Notes: a model not told the origin generated them from the sequence alone. Shown: positions 30,272-40,513, numbered from the stretch's first letter. The stretch is DNA of 64,000 nucleotides from an uncultured Acidimicrobiaceae bacterium (GCA_963719125.1 CAVRAT010000015.1:154683-218682); one strand, 5' to 3'. Numbers and translations: made by a program.

Positions 30272-31023
30272 CAGACGAGGTTTCCCAGGACGTGCGGGAC
30301 CGTCTCGCGCTCGCGCTTGATGTCGCGAGCCTCGACGAGGCGGTCGACCTCGCCACGCGACTGCGTCCCTGGTTCTCGGTTGCCAAGGTGGGATTGGAGC
30401 TGTTCTGCTCCGAGGGCCCGCTCGCGGTCGACGCGCTGTTGGACGAGGGCTTCCGGGTGTTCGTGGACCTGAAGCTGCACGACATCCCGACTACGGTCCT
30501 CCGTGCCGCCCGCAGGATCGGATCCCTCGGGGCGTCGTACCTGACGGTGCACGCGGCCGGTGGCACAGAGATGTTGATGGCCGCCGTGGAGGGGTTCGAG
30601 GAGGGATGGGCCGGCGCCGTGGCGATGGGCCATCCCGAGCCCGACGAGGGGTCCACCGGGGTGCTCGCGGTGACCGTGCTGACGAGCGACCCGGAGGCCG
30701 GTGCCGAGCTCGTCGGCACGCGGGCCTGCCTGGCGGCGGCGACCGGCTGTCTCGGCGTGGTGTGCGCGGCGGCGGATCTCCCTGTCGTCCGCTCGCGGGC
30801 GCCGGGACTGCTGACGGTCGTGCCGGGGATCCGGCTCGCGGGCTCGCCGCATGAGGACCAGGCCCGGGCCGCGGGGCCATTTACTACTGTGAGGTCAGGG
30901 GCCGACCTGCTCGTCGTGGGTAGGACCGTGACCTCCTCGGGCGCCCCGGAGCTGGCGGCCGAGAGGCTCGCGGCCGAAGTCGTGGCCGCTCTCGCTTCCG
31001 GGCAGGGCTCCGCCGGGGAGTGA
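30268..31023 (+). CDS. pyrF: orotidine 5'-phosphate decarboxylase
   Basis: LALALDV...FVDLKLHDIPTTV motif. ATGA overlap with the pyrD stop. It is embedded in a longer artefactual ORF, 29488..31023. Confidence 0.9.
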   Translation: MTDEVSQDVRDRLALALDVASLDEAVDLATRLRPWFSVAKVGLELFCSEGPLAVDALLDEGFRVFVDLKLHDIPTTVLRAARRIGSLGASYLTVHAAGGTEMLMAAVEGFEEGWAGAVAMGHPEPDEGSTGVLAVTVLTSDPEAGAELVGTRACLAAATGCLGVVCAAADLPVVRSRAPGLLTVVPGIRLAGSPHEDQARAAGPFTTVRSGADLLVVGRTVTSSGAPELAAERLAAEVVAALASGQGSAGE

Positions 31024-31170
31024 AAACGGGCATAGGAACGGAGCGTTCTTGTACCTATGTTACGAGTGGGCTACGGTGACCTTGACGGATTTTCGCCCAT
31101 GGGGCGATAGCCGCTTTTGTCAACCGAACTAGCCGATAGGGCACTTGAGTCCAGGAGGTCCAGCACGATC

Positions 31171-33150
31171 ATGTTACGAAAGCGAATGCTGACCAAGCTC
31201 GCGGTTGTGGGAACGGCGGTTGTATGCGCCGTCTTCGTGGTCGCAGCTGCTGCAGCAAGCTCCGCTACCACATCCAGGCCCGCCAAGGCTCAAGTGACTC
31301 AAATGGCGAAGGTCTCGGGCGGCACAATGACCTACGCCGAGCCACCGGGCGCCCCGCCGACCTACCTCTTCCCGATGATGAGCGGAACCTACTTCAGCGT
31401 CTCGAACTTCCAGCTCATTTACGACATGTTCCGTCCCCTGTACTGGTTCGGCCAGGGCCAGACCCCTGACCTCAACACGAACCTTTCTCTCGCCGCTATG
31501 CCCGTCTACTCCAACGGTGGCAAGACGATCACCATCAAGATGAAGGGCTTCAAGTGGTCGAACGGTGAGACAGTGGATGCCCAGGACGTCGTGTTCTGGC
31601 AGAACATATTGAAGGTCGAAGGCCCGGAATGGGGAGAGTATGTCCCCGGGCCGGACCAGTACCCGGGTAACGTCGTGAACGTCGTCGCCAACAACGCGAC
31701 GGACACGGTCACCTTTACGCTCAACAAGCCCTACGGCTCGTACTGGTACACGTACAACGAGCTGTCCCAGATTACGCCTTTGCCGCTCGCATGGGACATC
31801 ACCAGCGCTAACGGTAAGCCAGGCTCGGGTGGCTGTTCGGGCGCCTCGTACAGCTCGATAACGGCCACGACGTCGTCCAGCGGTGTGATCACTCCGACCT
31901 CTGCTACCGCCAAGGACTGTGTGGCGGTGTGGACGTTCCTCACGAGCAAGACGGAAGGCGGTTCACCTTCCACCTACGCGACGAACCCGCTGTGGAAGAC
32001 CGTGGACGGACCCTTCGTACTGACCGCCTACGACGCCACCACGGGCGGCGCGACCATGGTCCCGAACACCAAGTACTCGGGCTCGCCGAAGCCGTCGTAC
32101 TCCAAGCTCGTCTACCTTCCCTTCACGACCGACACCTCCGAGTTCGACGTGCTCGCCGCCGGTCACACCATCGACATCGGCTACGTGCCGCCGGAGAACG
32201 TCTCGGCCTACAAGGGTCCGGTCTGGTGCGGGACCAAGACGTGCGCAGGACCGAACAACGCGCAGCTGGCGGCGAACTACACCTTCGCCCCCGAGGCGCA
32301 GTGGGGCTTCAACTACTTCGCCGTGAACTACACGAACCCGACGTTCGGCCCGATCGTTGCTCAGCCCTATATCCGCCAGGCGATGCAGTCGCTGCAGAAC
32401 CAGACCCTGTGGGCCCAGCTGTTCAACAACGGCTACGCCACCCCGACCTTGGGACCGGTGCCGGTGTACCCGCCGACCAACTTCGCCTCGCCGTTTGAGA
32501 AGAAGAACCCGCTTCCTTACAGCCCGTCACATGCCATCTCGCTGCTCAAGTCCCACGGTTGGACAGTCGTACCCAACGGTGTTGACACCTGCACGAGCCC
32601 GGGATCCGGCGCGAACGAGTGCGGGGCGGGGATCGCCAAGGGGGCACAGCTGAACTTCCCCTTCGTCTACGTCACCGGTGTTGCCTCGTTCGACGCGCAG
32701 ATGAGGGAGATGGCTGCGAGCTGGGAGCAGGCCGGCATCAAGCTCCAGCAGGAACCGAAGTCCTTCCAGGAGGTCCTCACGGATGCCTTCGGCCCGAAAT
32801 GCGTGCCCAACAAGCCGTGCGCTTGGGTCGTCGCGGACTGGGGCGGCGGCTGGATCTACGCGCCGGACTACTACCCGACCGGTGAGGCGCTCTTCCTTTC
32901 CGGTGCGTCGTCGAACGCGGGCGATTACTCGAACCCCACGGCCGACGGCCTCATCAACTTGACCAACACGTCGTCGTCCCTCAACGCTCTGTACAACTAC
33001 GAGGACTTCATGGCGACGAACCTGCCGGTCCTCTATCAACCTGAGGTCGAGGCATTGTGGGAGGTTGCGAAGAACGTTTGCGGGGCGCTGCCTGACCCCC
33101 TCAACATCATGGCTGCCCCGACGCCCGAGTACTGGCACTTCTGCAAGTAA
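31171..33150 (+). CDS. ABC transporter substrate-binding protein, family 5 (peptide/nickel type)
   Basis: ATG 31171 follows AGGAGG. It has a signal peptide, and the body is typical of SBP family 5. It closely resembles the product of 38528..40513. Confidence 0.88.
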   Translation: MLRKRMLTKLAVVGTAVVCAVFVVAAAAASSATTSRPAKAQVTQMAKVSGGTMTYAEPPGAPPTYLFPMMSGTYFSVSNFQLIYDMFRPLYWFGQGQTPDLNTNLSLAAMPVYSNGGKTITIKMKGFKWSNGETVDAQDVVFWQNILKVEGPEWGEYVPGPDQYPGNVVNVVANNATDTVTFTLNKPYGSYWYTYNELSQITPLPLAWDITSANGKPGSGGCSGASYSSITATTSSSGVITPTSATAKDCVAVWTFLTSKTEGGSPSTYATNPLWKTVDGPFVLTAYDATTGGATMVPNTKYSGSPKPSYSKLVYLPFTTDTSEFDVLAAGHTIDIGYVPPENVSAYKGPVWCGTKTCAGPNNAQLAANYTFAPEAQWGFNYFAVNYTNPTFGPIVAQPYIRQAMQSLQNQTLWAQLFNNGYATPTLGPVPVYPPTNFASPFEKKNPLPYSPSHAISLLKSHGWTVVPNGVDTCTSPGSGANECGAGIAKGAQLNFPFVYVTGVASFDAQMREMAASWEQAGIKLQQEPKSFQEVLTDAFGPKCVPNKPCAWVVADWGGGWIYAPDYYPTGEALFLSGASSNAGDYSNPTADGLINLTNTSSSLNALYNYEDFMATNLPVLYQPEVEALWEVAKNVCGALPDPLNIMAAPTPEYWHFCK

Positions 33151-33224
33151 GCCAATCAGCAGGCAAGTAACAGTCGTGCCCGGTCGTCGTTGACGGGTAA
33201 GCGAGGTCACGTTCCCCCGGGCCA

Positions 33225-33256
33225 TGACAAACGTCGTGGCCCGGGGTCTGCGTGGG
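33225..33256 (+). other. 14-bp stem-loop downstream of the binding-protein gene
   Basis: CCCCGGGCCATGAC-AAAC-GTCGTGGCCCGGGG with one G-U pair and no T-run. It sits in the 240-nt gap before the permease gene. Confidence 0.5.
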
Positions 33257-33389
33257 CCGGGGGAGGCTTCGGAACCGTTCAGGTCGGCACGGACGCGGAC
33301 GAGACAAATCACGTGCGAACTGGACTGTTAGCATCCAGGTTCGGGAAAGCTACGAACAGCATGCGTCTTGGTGGGCCAAGGAGTAGGCC

Positions 33390-34346
33390 ATGATCGGCTA
33401 CCTCATTCGGAGGGTGATGCAGGCGGTCATTGTCGTCCTCGGCGTGTGCCTGATCGTTTTCATCCTCAATCACCTGATTCCCGGCGGCGCCTTCGCCCAG
33501 GGCAGGGCCATCCTCGGGCCCCGCGCCTCGATCGCCGCTATCAACCTGTGGATCCAGCAGAACGGCTTGAACAAGCCCGTCTGGACGCAGTTCGCGATCC
33601 TCATCGGGCACGTGTTCACCCTCAACCTCGGTTACTCGTACAAGCTCAACGAACCGGTGGCGACCATCATCGCCCAGAAGCTGCCGAAGACCGTGCTGCT
33701 GTTGGGACTGGCCGTGCTCGTCACGGTCATCGTGGCGATCCCGCTCGGGATCTTCCAGGTCCTGCGGCGCAACAAGCCTTCGGACTACGTGCTCACGACC
33801 CTTTCGTTCATCTTCTATGCGACACCGACGTTCTTCCTCGGCATCGTCTTCATCCAGTTGTTCTCCATCCACTGGCACGTCTTCCCGCCGGAAGGGCCGC
33901 AGGCTGCCAGCGTCGGAGGGATTCTCGCCGACTGGCAGGCGCTTGTGATGCCGGTGCTCACTCTCGCCGCGGTCTTCATCGCGGGCTTCAGCCGCTACAT
34001 GCGCTCATCGATGATGGAGGCGCTCACGCAGGACTACGTCCGGACGGCACGTGCCAAGGGCCTCTCCACGCGTCGGGTCAACTACGTCCACGCGCTGCGC
34101 AACGCCCTGATCCCGATCGTCACCCTCCTCGGGCTCACGCTGCCCGCGATCGTCAGTGGCGCCCTCATAACAGAGGACGTCTACAACTATCCGGGCATGG
34201 GGCTCGCCTTTTACAACGCGGCCATCAACAACGACTTCCCGCTCCTCATAGGGACGGTCCTCGTCGCGGCGGTGGCGACTGTCGTCGGTTCCCTGCTCGC
34301 CGACATCTTGTATGCCGTCTTGGACCCGAGGATCCGCTATGTCTGA
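33390..34346 (+). CDS. ABC transporter permease (DppB/OppB-like)
   Basis: Six-TM BPD-type permease with the EAA-like segment YVRTARAKGLS. AAGGAG lies before the ATG. Confidence 0.9.
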   Translation: MIGYLIRRVMQAVIVVLGVCLIVFILNHLIPGGAFAQGRAILGPRASIAAINLWIQQNGLNKPVWTQFAILIGHVFTLNLGYSYKLNEPVATIIAQKLPKTVLLLGLAVLVTVIVAIPLGIFQVLRRNKPSDYVLTTLSFIFYATPTFFLGIVFIQLFSIHWHVFPPEGPQAASVGGILADWQALVMPVLTLAAVFIAGFSRYMRSSMMEALTQDYVRTARAKGLSTRRVNYVHALRNALIPIVTLLGLTLPAIVSGALITEDVYNYPGMGLAFYNAAINNDFPLLIGTVLVAAVATVVGSLLADILYAVLDPRIRYV

Positions 34347-34388
34347 GTTTCTGACACTCGGCATGCCAGTAAGCAGCGGGGCCATCCC

Positions 34389-35375
34389 ATGACGTCGCTG
34401 GGCAACCCGCCGAACCCGGACGTCGCCGAGGGACAAGAAACGATCCAGGAAGGCGCCTTCCCGGGCCAGGTTCCCGGGGTCCCCATGGAGGTCACCGAAG
34501 CCGGGCAGGTGGGTGGCGTCGGTGGCCTGGGCAAGCTCGTCTGGCGCGTCTTCGCGGAGAACAAGCTCGCTCTTGTCAGCGTCGGCGTCGTCGTTTTCAT
34601 GCTGCTCTTCTCCTTCGTCGGCCCCCACCTCTACGTGACCAACCAGACCACCCTGGTCGTCACGAGCGTCGGTCAGGTCCTGGCGCACCCGAGCGCCCAG
34701 TACCCGCTCGGGACGGACCCGAACGGGTACGACATCCTGGGACGGCTCATGTTCGCCGGAGCGACGACGCTCGAGATTGCGCTCCTCGCGGCGGGGATCG
34801 CCACGGTCTTCGGCGTCTGCTTCGGTGCTGTTTCCGGTTATGTCGGCGGAGTGACGGACGCGGTCATGATGAGGATCGTCGACACCATCCTCTCGGTGCC
34901 CACATTGTTCCTGCTGGTCGTGATCGCTGCGATCCTCAGGCCCTCGTTCTGGCTGATCGTCGTCATCGTGGCGCTCGCGGCGTGGCTGGTGCCCGCCCGC
35001 CTCATCCGAGGTGAGTCGCTGACCTTGCGCACGCGTGAGTACGTGCAGGCCGTCCGGGCGATGGGGGGCGGAGGGGCCCGAATCGTGGCGCGTCACATCA
35101 TCCCGAACGCCGTCGGGACGATCATCGTGAACGCCACCTTCCAGCTCGCCGACGCGATCGGCGTGCTGGCGGCGCTCGGCTTCCTGGGCTTCGGCGTGCC
35201 GCCACCCGGCTCCAGCTGGGGCCAGATGCTCTCCCAGGGCATCACCTACGCCCAGGCGGGCGACTGGTGGCTCATCTACCCGGCGGGCGTGTTCATCATC
35301 CTCATCACGGTCTCGTTCAACTACATCGGTGACGCGCTGCGCGACGCGTTCGAGGTGCGGCTGCAGCGTCGCTGA
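34389..35375 (+). CDS. ABC transporter permease (DppC/OppC-like)
   Basis: Typical OppC-type sequence (GTDPNGYDILGRLMFG, YVQAVRAMGG). Confidence 0.9.
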   Translation: MTSLGNPPNPDVAEGQETIQEGAFPGQVPGVPMEVTEAGQVGGVGGLGKLVWRVFAENKLALVSVGVVVFMLLFSFVGPHLYVTNQTTLVVTSVGQVLAHPSAQYPLGTDPNGYDILGRLMFAGATTLEIALLAAGIATVFGVCFGAVSGYVGGVTDAVMMRIVDTILSVPTLFLLVVIAAILRPSFWLIVVIVALAAWLVPARLIRGESLTLRTREYVQAVRAMGGGGARIVARHIIPNAVGTIIVNATFQLADAIGVLAALGFLGFGVPPPGSSWGQMLSQGITYAQAGDWWLIYPAGVFIILITVSFNYIGDALRDAFEVRLQRR

Positions 35376-35404
35376 ACGACGTAGCCCGGCCGAGGCTCCT
35401 ACCG

Positions 35405-37489
35405 CTAGGCGCCGGGCCCGGCCACCGCTCCCATGGCGGGCACGGCCGCGCTGACGGGCTGGCGGAGCGGGAAGTGGCAAGCCGCCCTGTGGTCCCCGCC
35501 GAAGGACTGGAGGGGTGGCTCCTCCGCCGCGCAGATCTCCTGTGCCTGCGGGCAGCGGGTGCGGAACCTGCACCCGGAAGGTGGCGTGATGGCCGAAGGG
35601 AGCTCTCCTGAGATGTGGTGGCCTCGCCGGGCCGCGGCAAGGACGGGGTCCGGAACCGGGATCGTGTCGATCAAGCCCCGGGTGTAGGGATGCACCGGCT
35701 GCTCGTAGATGTCCTTGGCAGCCCCTATCTCGACGAGCTTGCCCAGGTACATCACGCCTATGCGGTCGGAGAGGTACTTGAGCACCGCGAGGTCGTGCGA
35801 GATGACGATGTAGGTGAGCCGGTGCGCCTGCTGGAGCGCCTTCATCATGTTGAGGATCTGGGACTGGATCGAGACGTCGAGCGCCGAGACGGGCTCGTCG
35901 GCGACGATGAGGCGGGGGTTCAGTGTGAGCGCGCGGGCGAACCCGATCCGCTGGCGTTGGCCTCCTGAGAACTCGTGCGGGTAGAGGTCGACTGCGTTCT
36001 TGGCCAATCCGACCTCACGCAGCAGGCCCTCTACGCGCTCCCACTGCTCGGTCCTCGATCCGATGCCCTGCACCTTGAGCGGTTCGCGCAGGATCGTGCC
36101 GACGCGCATGCGCGGGTCGAGCGAGGCGTAAGGGTCCTGGAACATGATCTGGAAATCGCGGCGGCTACGTCTCAAGTCCCCGCGATTCAGCTTGGTCACG
36201 TCGACCCCGTCGAAACGGATGGTTCCCGAGGTCGGCTTCTCGAGCGCCACCACGAGCCGCCCGACGGTCGTCTTGCCACACCCCGACTCGCCCACGAGGC
36301 CGAACGTCTCGCCCTCGCGGACGGCGAAGGACACGTCCGAGACGGCCTTGACGCTGCCGATCTTGCGTTGCAGGACCGCTCCCGCCGTCACCACGAACTC
36401 CTTCACGAGCTGGTCGACCTCGACGATCACCTTGCGGGATGCGAGCTCGGTCACCCGGCTCAGCGCCAGCCTCGCCGCCTCGGCGGCGTCGACGACGCGG
36501 ACCGGGCGGCTGGGCGCCGAGGCGCTGCCGACCGGGTTGAAGCAGGCCACCAGGTGGCCTTCCTGGTCCACGAGCGGCGGCTCCTCGAGGTGGCATTGCT
36601 CGGTGGCGTTGCGGCACCGAGGCGCGAACCGGCAGCCGACAAACTCGCCGCTCAGGTCGGGCGGTGCCCCGGGGATGCTGTAGAGGGGGACGCTGGCGTC
36701 CGCGTTCATCTTCGGGATGGAGTCGAGCAGCGCCTCGGAGTAGGGGTGGCGCATCTGCGAGAAGAGGCTGCGCGTGGGCGCGCTCTCGACGATCTTGCCG
36801 GCGTACATCACCATGACCCGGTCGCTGCGGCCGGCGATCACGCCCATGTCATGGGTGATGAGGAGCACTGCCATCTTGAGGCGGTCGCGCAGCTCGTCGA
36901 TGAGGTCGAGGATCTGCGCCTGGATCGTCACGTCGAGCGCGGTGGTGGGCTCGTCGGCGATGAGCAGCTTCGGTTCGCAGGCGAGCGCGATGGCGATCAT
37001 CACTCGCTGGCGGAGGCCGCCGGAGAGCTGGTGGGGGTAGGACTCGAGACGCTCTGCCGGCCGCGGCATCCCGACGAGCTGGAGAACTTCGACCGCCCGG
37101 TCGGTCGCCTCCTGCTTGGAGACGTGCTTGTGGACCCGGACCGGCTCCGCGATCTGACGGCCGACGGTCATCGTCGGGTTAAGCGACGTCATCGGGTCCT
37201 GGAAGATCATGGCGACGTCGTTGCCCCGTACTTCGCGCATCTGCTTCTCAGGCATCTTCACGAGCTCTTTGTCGGCCAGCCTCATCGAGCCCCGGGTGAC
37301 GTGGCCGACGTTCGGGAGGAGCTTCATGATCGACAGCCCGACCGTGCTCTTGCCGCAGCCGGACTCGCCCACGAGGCCCAGAGACTCTCCTTCGGCGATC
37401 GAGAACGACACGCCGTCGACAGCCCCGACAGTCGCAGTACGGAGGTGGAACTCGGTGCGGAGGTCGACTACCTCAAGAACGTTGGCCAT
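35405..37489 (-). CDS. fused double ABC ATPase (DppD-DppF type), convergent with the permease genes
   Basis: There are two complete nucleotide-binding domains. Walker A is GESGCGKS twice, the signatures are LSGGLRQR and FSGGQRQR, and each is followed by an oligopeptide-type C-terminal Cys motif. Confidence 0.92.
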   Translation of the reverse strand: MANVLEVVDLRTEFHLRTATVGAVDGVSFSIAEGESLGLVGESGCGKSTVGLSIMKLLPNVGHVTRGSMRLADKELVKMPEKQMREVRGNDVAMIFQDPMTSLNPTMTVGRQIAEPVRVHKHVSKQEATDRAVEVLQLVGMPRPAERLESYPHQLSGGLRQRVMIAIALACEPKLLIADEPTTALDVTIQAQILDLIDELRDRLKMAVLLITHDMGVIAGRSDRVMVMYAGKIVESAPTRSLFSQMRHPYSEALLDSIPKMNADASVPLYSIPGAPPDLSGEFVGCRFAPRCRNATEQCHLEEPPLVDQEGHLVACFNPVGSASAPSRPVRVVDAAEAARLALSRVTELASRKVIVEVDQLVKEFVVTAGAVLQRKIGSVKAVSDVSFAVREGETFGLVGESGCGKTTVGRLVVALEKPTSGTIRFDGVDVTKLNRGDLRRSRRDFQIMFQDPYASLDPRMRVGTILREPLKVQGIGSRTEQWERVEGLLREVGLAKNAVDLYPHEFSGGQRQRIGFARALTLNPRLIVADEPVSALDVSIQSQILNMMKALQQAHRLTYIVISHDLAVLKYLSDRIGVMYLGKLVEIGAAKDIYEQPVHPYTRGLIDTIPVPDPVLAAARRGHHISGELPSAITPPSGCRFRTRCPQAQEICAAEEPPLQSFGGDHRAACHFPLRQPVSAAVPAMGAVAGPGA

Positions 37490-37564
37490 GGACTATTCAC
37501 CCCAGTGTTCTGCCGACCGGGGCACGTTTCATGCCGCCGCCCGCCACGATTGTAACCCGATACC

Positions 37565-37593
37565 TGGTCATCCCGCCTTTACTGCGCTATCGT
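37565..37593 (+). promoter_or_regulatory. candidate promoter TGGTCA-17 nt-TATCGT, 8 nt before the mihF ATG (possible leaderless mRNA)
   Basis: A TANNNT-type -10 box ends 8 nt upstream of ATG 37602, and there is no Shine-Dalgarno sequence in between. Pattern-based only. Confidence 0.35.
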
Positions 37594-37601
37594 AACCGCC
37601 C

Positions 37602-37922
37602 ATGCCCCAACCTCCTAGCCTCACGCCTGAGCAGCGCCACGCGGCGCTCGAGAAGGCGGCCCGAGCGCGTCGCGAGCGCGCCGAGATCAAGGACCATCTC
37701 AAGAGTGGTCGCGTCACCCTGCGAGAGCTGCTTGTAAAGGCGGAGTCGGACGAGATCGTCGGCAAGATGAAGGTGCTGGCCGTTCTCGAGGCGCTCCCTG
37801 GGACAGGCAAGGTCAAGGCTCGCCGCCTCATGGAGCACGTCGGCATCAGTGAGACCCGCCGGCTCCAGGGTCTTGGAGCCAAGCAGCGCGAGGCGCTGCT
37901 CGAGGCCGCAGCCCGGCCCTGA
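37602..37922 (+). CDS. mihF: actinobacterial integration host factor
   Basis: LTPEQRHAALEKAARARRERAEIKDHLKSGRVTLRELL...ALPGTGKVKARRLMEHVGISETRRLQGLG is typical mIHF. Confidence 0.88.
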   Translation: MPQPPSLTPEQRHAALEKAARARRERAEIKDHLKSGRVTLRELLVKAESDEIVGKMKVLAVLEALPGTGKVKARRLMEHVGISETRRLQGLGAKQREALLEAAARP

Positions 37923-38458
37923 TCCTCGTCGTCTGCGGACCTGGGGGAGTCGGTAAAGGGACGATAGTCCGGCGCCTTGTCGCGGCCGACGATCGTCTCT
38001 GGCTGAGCCTTTCCTGGACCACGCGCGCCCGTCGGCCCGGTGAGCCCGAGGACGCCTACACATTCGTCGACCGCGACACCTTCTTGGGTCGCGTGGCCGA
38101 AGGGGGCTTCCTCGAGTGGGCGACGATCCTCGGTGAGTACTACGGGACGCCGACGCCCGAGCCCGGAGAGGGCCGCGACATCGTGCTGGAGATCGACGTC
38201 CAAGGTGCTCGCCAGGTGCTCGAGCGTCATCGGGACGCGCATTGCGTTCTCATCCGCGCGCCCTCACCCGAGGTGCAGGAGCAGCGGCTCCGGTCGAGGG
38301 GAGATTCGGAGGAGCACATAGGGCGTCGCATGGCCCTCGGCCGGCTGGAAGAGGCGGAGGGGCTCAAGCTCGCGTCCCATGTTGTCGTGAACGACGACCT
38401 CGACGGCGCCGTGCACGACCTCGCGGAGATAGTGGAGGAGATCCGCCGCCAGAGCTGA
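37919..38458 (+). CDS. gmk: guanylate kinase, apparent non-canonical CTG start
   Basis: The ORF track starts at 38084. The same frame upstream encodes the P-loop (L)ILVVCGPGGVGKGT and LSWTTRARRPGE with no ATG/GTG/TTG back to the in-frame stop at 37850. CTG 37919 overlaps the mihF TGA (CTGA). Confidence 0.85.
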   Translation: MILVVCGPGGVGKGTIVRRLVAADDRLWLSLSWTTRARRPGEPEDAYTFVDRDTFLGRVAEGGFLEWATILGEYYGTPTPEPGEGRDIVLEIDVQGARQVLERHRDAHCVLIRAPSPEVQEQRLRSRGDSEEHIGRRMALGRLEEAEGLKLASHVVVNDDLDGAVHDLAEIVEEIRRQS

Positions 38459-38527
38459 GGCTGGCCCCGTCACCCTGCGCGTAAACGACGCTGCCGTGGG
38501 CTGCGCCAGCGGCGGGGTCGATTGTCG

Positions 38528-40513
38528 CTAGGCGGGCTTGCAGAAGTACCAGTCTTCGGCGACCCAGGTGAAGAGCGCGTTCTCGGGGGCGAAGCCGCAG
38601 ACGTTCTTGGCGACCTCGTTGAGCGCCAGCGCCGTTTCGGGCTGCCAGATGTCGGGAACCTGCTGCGCAAGGTAGTCCTCGTAATCGTGGAGGGCCGACA
38701 GCGACGAGGAGGAGTACGTCGCCTTGATCAGTTGGTCGGCCTTGGAGTCGGAGTACTGGCCGAAGTTCGAGCCTGCGCCTGTGGCGAAGATCTCTTCACC
38801 GGTCGGATAGAAGTCAGGTGTGTAGAACCATCCGTTGCCCCAGTTGGCGATGTCCCAAGAGCAGGCCTTGCTGGCCACGCACGGTGTCGCGGCGGCGCTG
38901 ATGAGGGCATCGAAGCCCATGGGCACGAGCTGCAACCTGATGCCGGCCATCGCCCAGGCTGCCGCAAGTTCCTTGATCTGGCTGCCGAAGGTACCGGCAT
39001 CCTTGTAGTACAGGTAGTTGAAGCTCAAAGCTGCACCCTTGGAGATCCCCGCGCCGCACTCGTCGGCCTTGGTGCCCGGCCTCACACAAGTCGTGACGCC
39101 GTTCGGTGCGACTACGACTTTCCAGCCATGCGAGCTCAACAGCGACTTCGCCTTCGAAACGCTGTACGGGTACGGGCCCGAGCTCTCCTGCGGCGTGACC
39201 ATGTCGGTTGGCGGGTACACGGGCACGGGCCCATAGGTCGGCGAGCCATAACCGGAGCTGAACTGCTGTATCCAAAGTGTCTGGTTCATCAGCGACTGCA
39301 TCGCTTGACGGATGTAGAGCTGCTTGAAGATGGGGCCAGAGACCGGGTTGGTGTAGTTGAGGGCGAAGTAGTTGACGCCCCAGGGGTAGGCCGGCACGAG
39401 GTTGTACCTGCCGGCGAGCGAGGTGTTGTTCGGCCCGGTGAGCGGTGTCCCGTCCTTGGCGAAGGCCGGGCCCCGGTAGACAGGCAGGTCCTGTGGCGTG
39501 ACGTAGCCGATGCTGATGGCACTGCCGCCCTGCAACTGCTGGAACTCCGAGGCGTCGGTCGTGAACGGGTCCAGCACGAGCGCCTTGAGCGACGACTTGA
39601 CCCGCCCCGAGTAGTCGGGGTTCGGTACCACGGTCGCGCCGCCATCGCTCGCTTGGTACTGGGTCAGGCGGAACGGCCCGTCGACGATCTGCCAGAGCGG
39701 GTTCGAGGCGTAGGTGTCGAGATCGCCCGCCTCGGTCGTGCCCGTGAGGAAGGCGTGCACCCTGGTGCAAGCCTTCGCGGAGGCCGAGACCGGCGTCAGC
39801 CCATTGGCCGAGATCGAGGTCTCTATCGACTTGTACGAGGCAGCCGAGCAGCCTCCGGAACCTGCGGCCGCAGGGTACTTGGTGATGTCCCACGCGAGCG
39901 GCAGAGGCGTGATCTGGCTCAACTCGTTGTAAGTGAACCAGTAGGAGCTGTAGGACCCGTCGAGCGTGAAGGTGACCGTGTCCTTGCGGTTGTTGGCCAC
40001 GACGTTGCTGATGTCGCCGGGGAACTGGCCCGGACCTGGCACGTAGCCCGCCCACGAGGGGGCATCGGCTTTGACCATGTTCATCCAGAACACCACGTCC
40101 TGGGCGTCCACCGTCTCGCCGTTGCTCCACCTGTAGCCCTTCATCTTGATGGTGACCTGCCTGTTGTGGTCGGAGTACACCGGCGCAAAGGCGACCGACA
40201 GCTGTTCGTTGAGGTTCGGGGTGCTCCCGACGCCGAACCAGTACAGCGGGCGGAACAGCAGGTAGATCAGCTGGAAGTTCGAGACGAGGAAGTCCTGCCC
40301 GCTCATCATCGGGAAGATGTAGTCGGGTCCAGGGGCAGCTTCGGCGACCGTCATGGTCCCACCGGGGATCTTGACCACATGGCTGGGCGCCGTGGTCGAA
40401 GTGGACACGGGCGGGGCGGTGGGACTCGACGAACAGGCTGCGAGCACGAGAGCCGCGGACGCGATTGCCATTCCCGCAGTCGCGAGCATGCCCAGCCTGC
40501 GACACTTGGTCAT
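38528..40513 (-). CDS. ABC transporter substrate-binding lipoprotein, family 5; paralog of 31171..33150
   Basis: Lipobox LVLAAC. Long near-identical blocks are shared with the other SBP (WSNGETVDAQDVVFW, YNELSQITPLPLAWDIT). GGAGG lies 10 nt before the ATG. Confidence 0.88.
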   Translation of the reverse strand: MTKCRRLGMLATAGMAIASAALVLAACSSSPTAPPVSTSTTAPSHVVKIPGGTMTVAEAAPGPDYIFPMMSGQDFLVSNFQLIYLLFRPLYWFGVGSTPNLNEQLSVAFAPVYSDHNRQVTIKMKGYRWSNGETVDAQDVVFWMNMVKADAPSWAGYVPGPGQFPGDISNVVANNRKDTVTFTLDGSYSSYWFTYNELSQITPLPLAWDITKYPAAAGSGGCSAASYKSIETSISANGLTPVSASAKACTRVHAFLTGTTEAGDLDTYASNPLWQIVDGPFRLTQYQASDGGATVVPNPDYSGRVKSSLKALVLDPFTTDASEFQQLQGGSAISIGYVTPQDLPVYRGPAFAKDGTPLTGPNNTSLAGRYNLVPAYPWGVNYFALNYTNPVSGPIFKQLYIRQAMQSLMNQTLWIQQFSSGYGSPTYGPVPVYPPTDMVTPQESSGPYPYSVSKAKSLLSSHGWKVVVAPNGVTTCVRPGTKADECGAGISKGAALSFNYLYYKDAGTFGSQIKELAAAWAMAGIRLQLVPMGFDALISAAATPCVASKACSWDIANWGNGWFYTPDFYPTGEEIFATGAGSNFGQYSDSKADQLIKATYSSSSLSALHDYEDYLAQQVPDIWQPETALALNEVAKNVCGFAPENALFTWVAEDWYFCKPA

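Noticed and set aside
31024-31170. Possible riboswitch or promoter upstream of the ABC binding-protein gene (nested hairpin 31031..31059, CGCCC-ATG-GGGCG hairpin, TTGACG and TTGTCA hexamers).
   Set aside because: The elements are short, no known riboswitch core was recognised, and no convincing -10 box lies at the proper spacing. This is noted only as ordinary intergenic structure.
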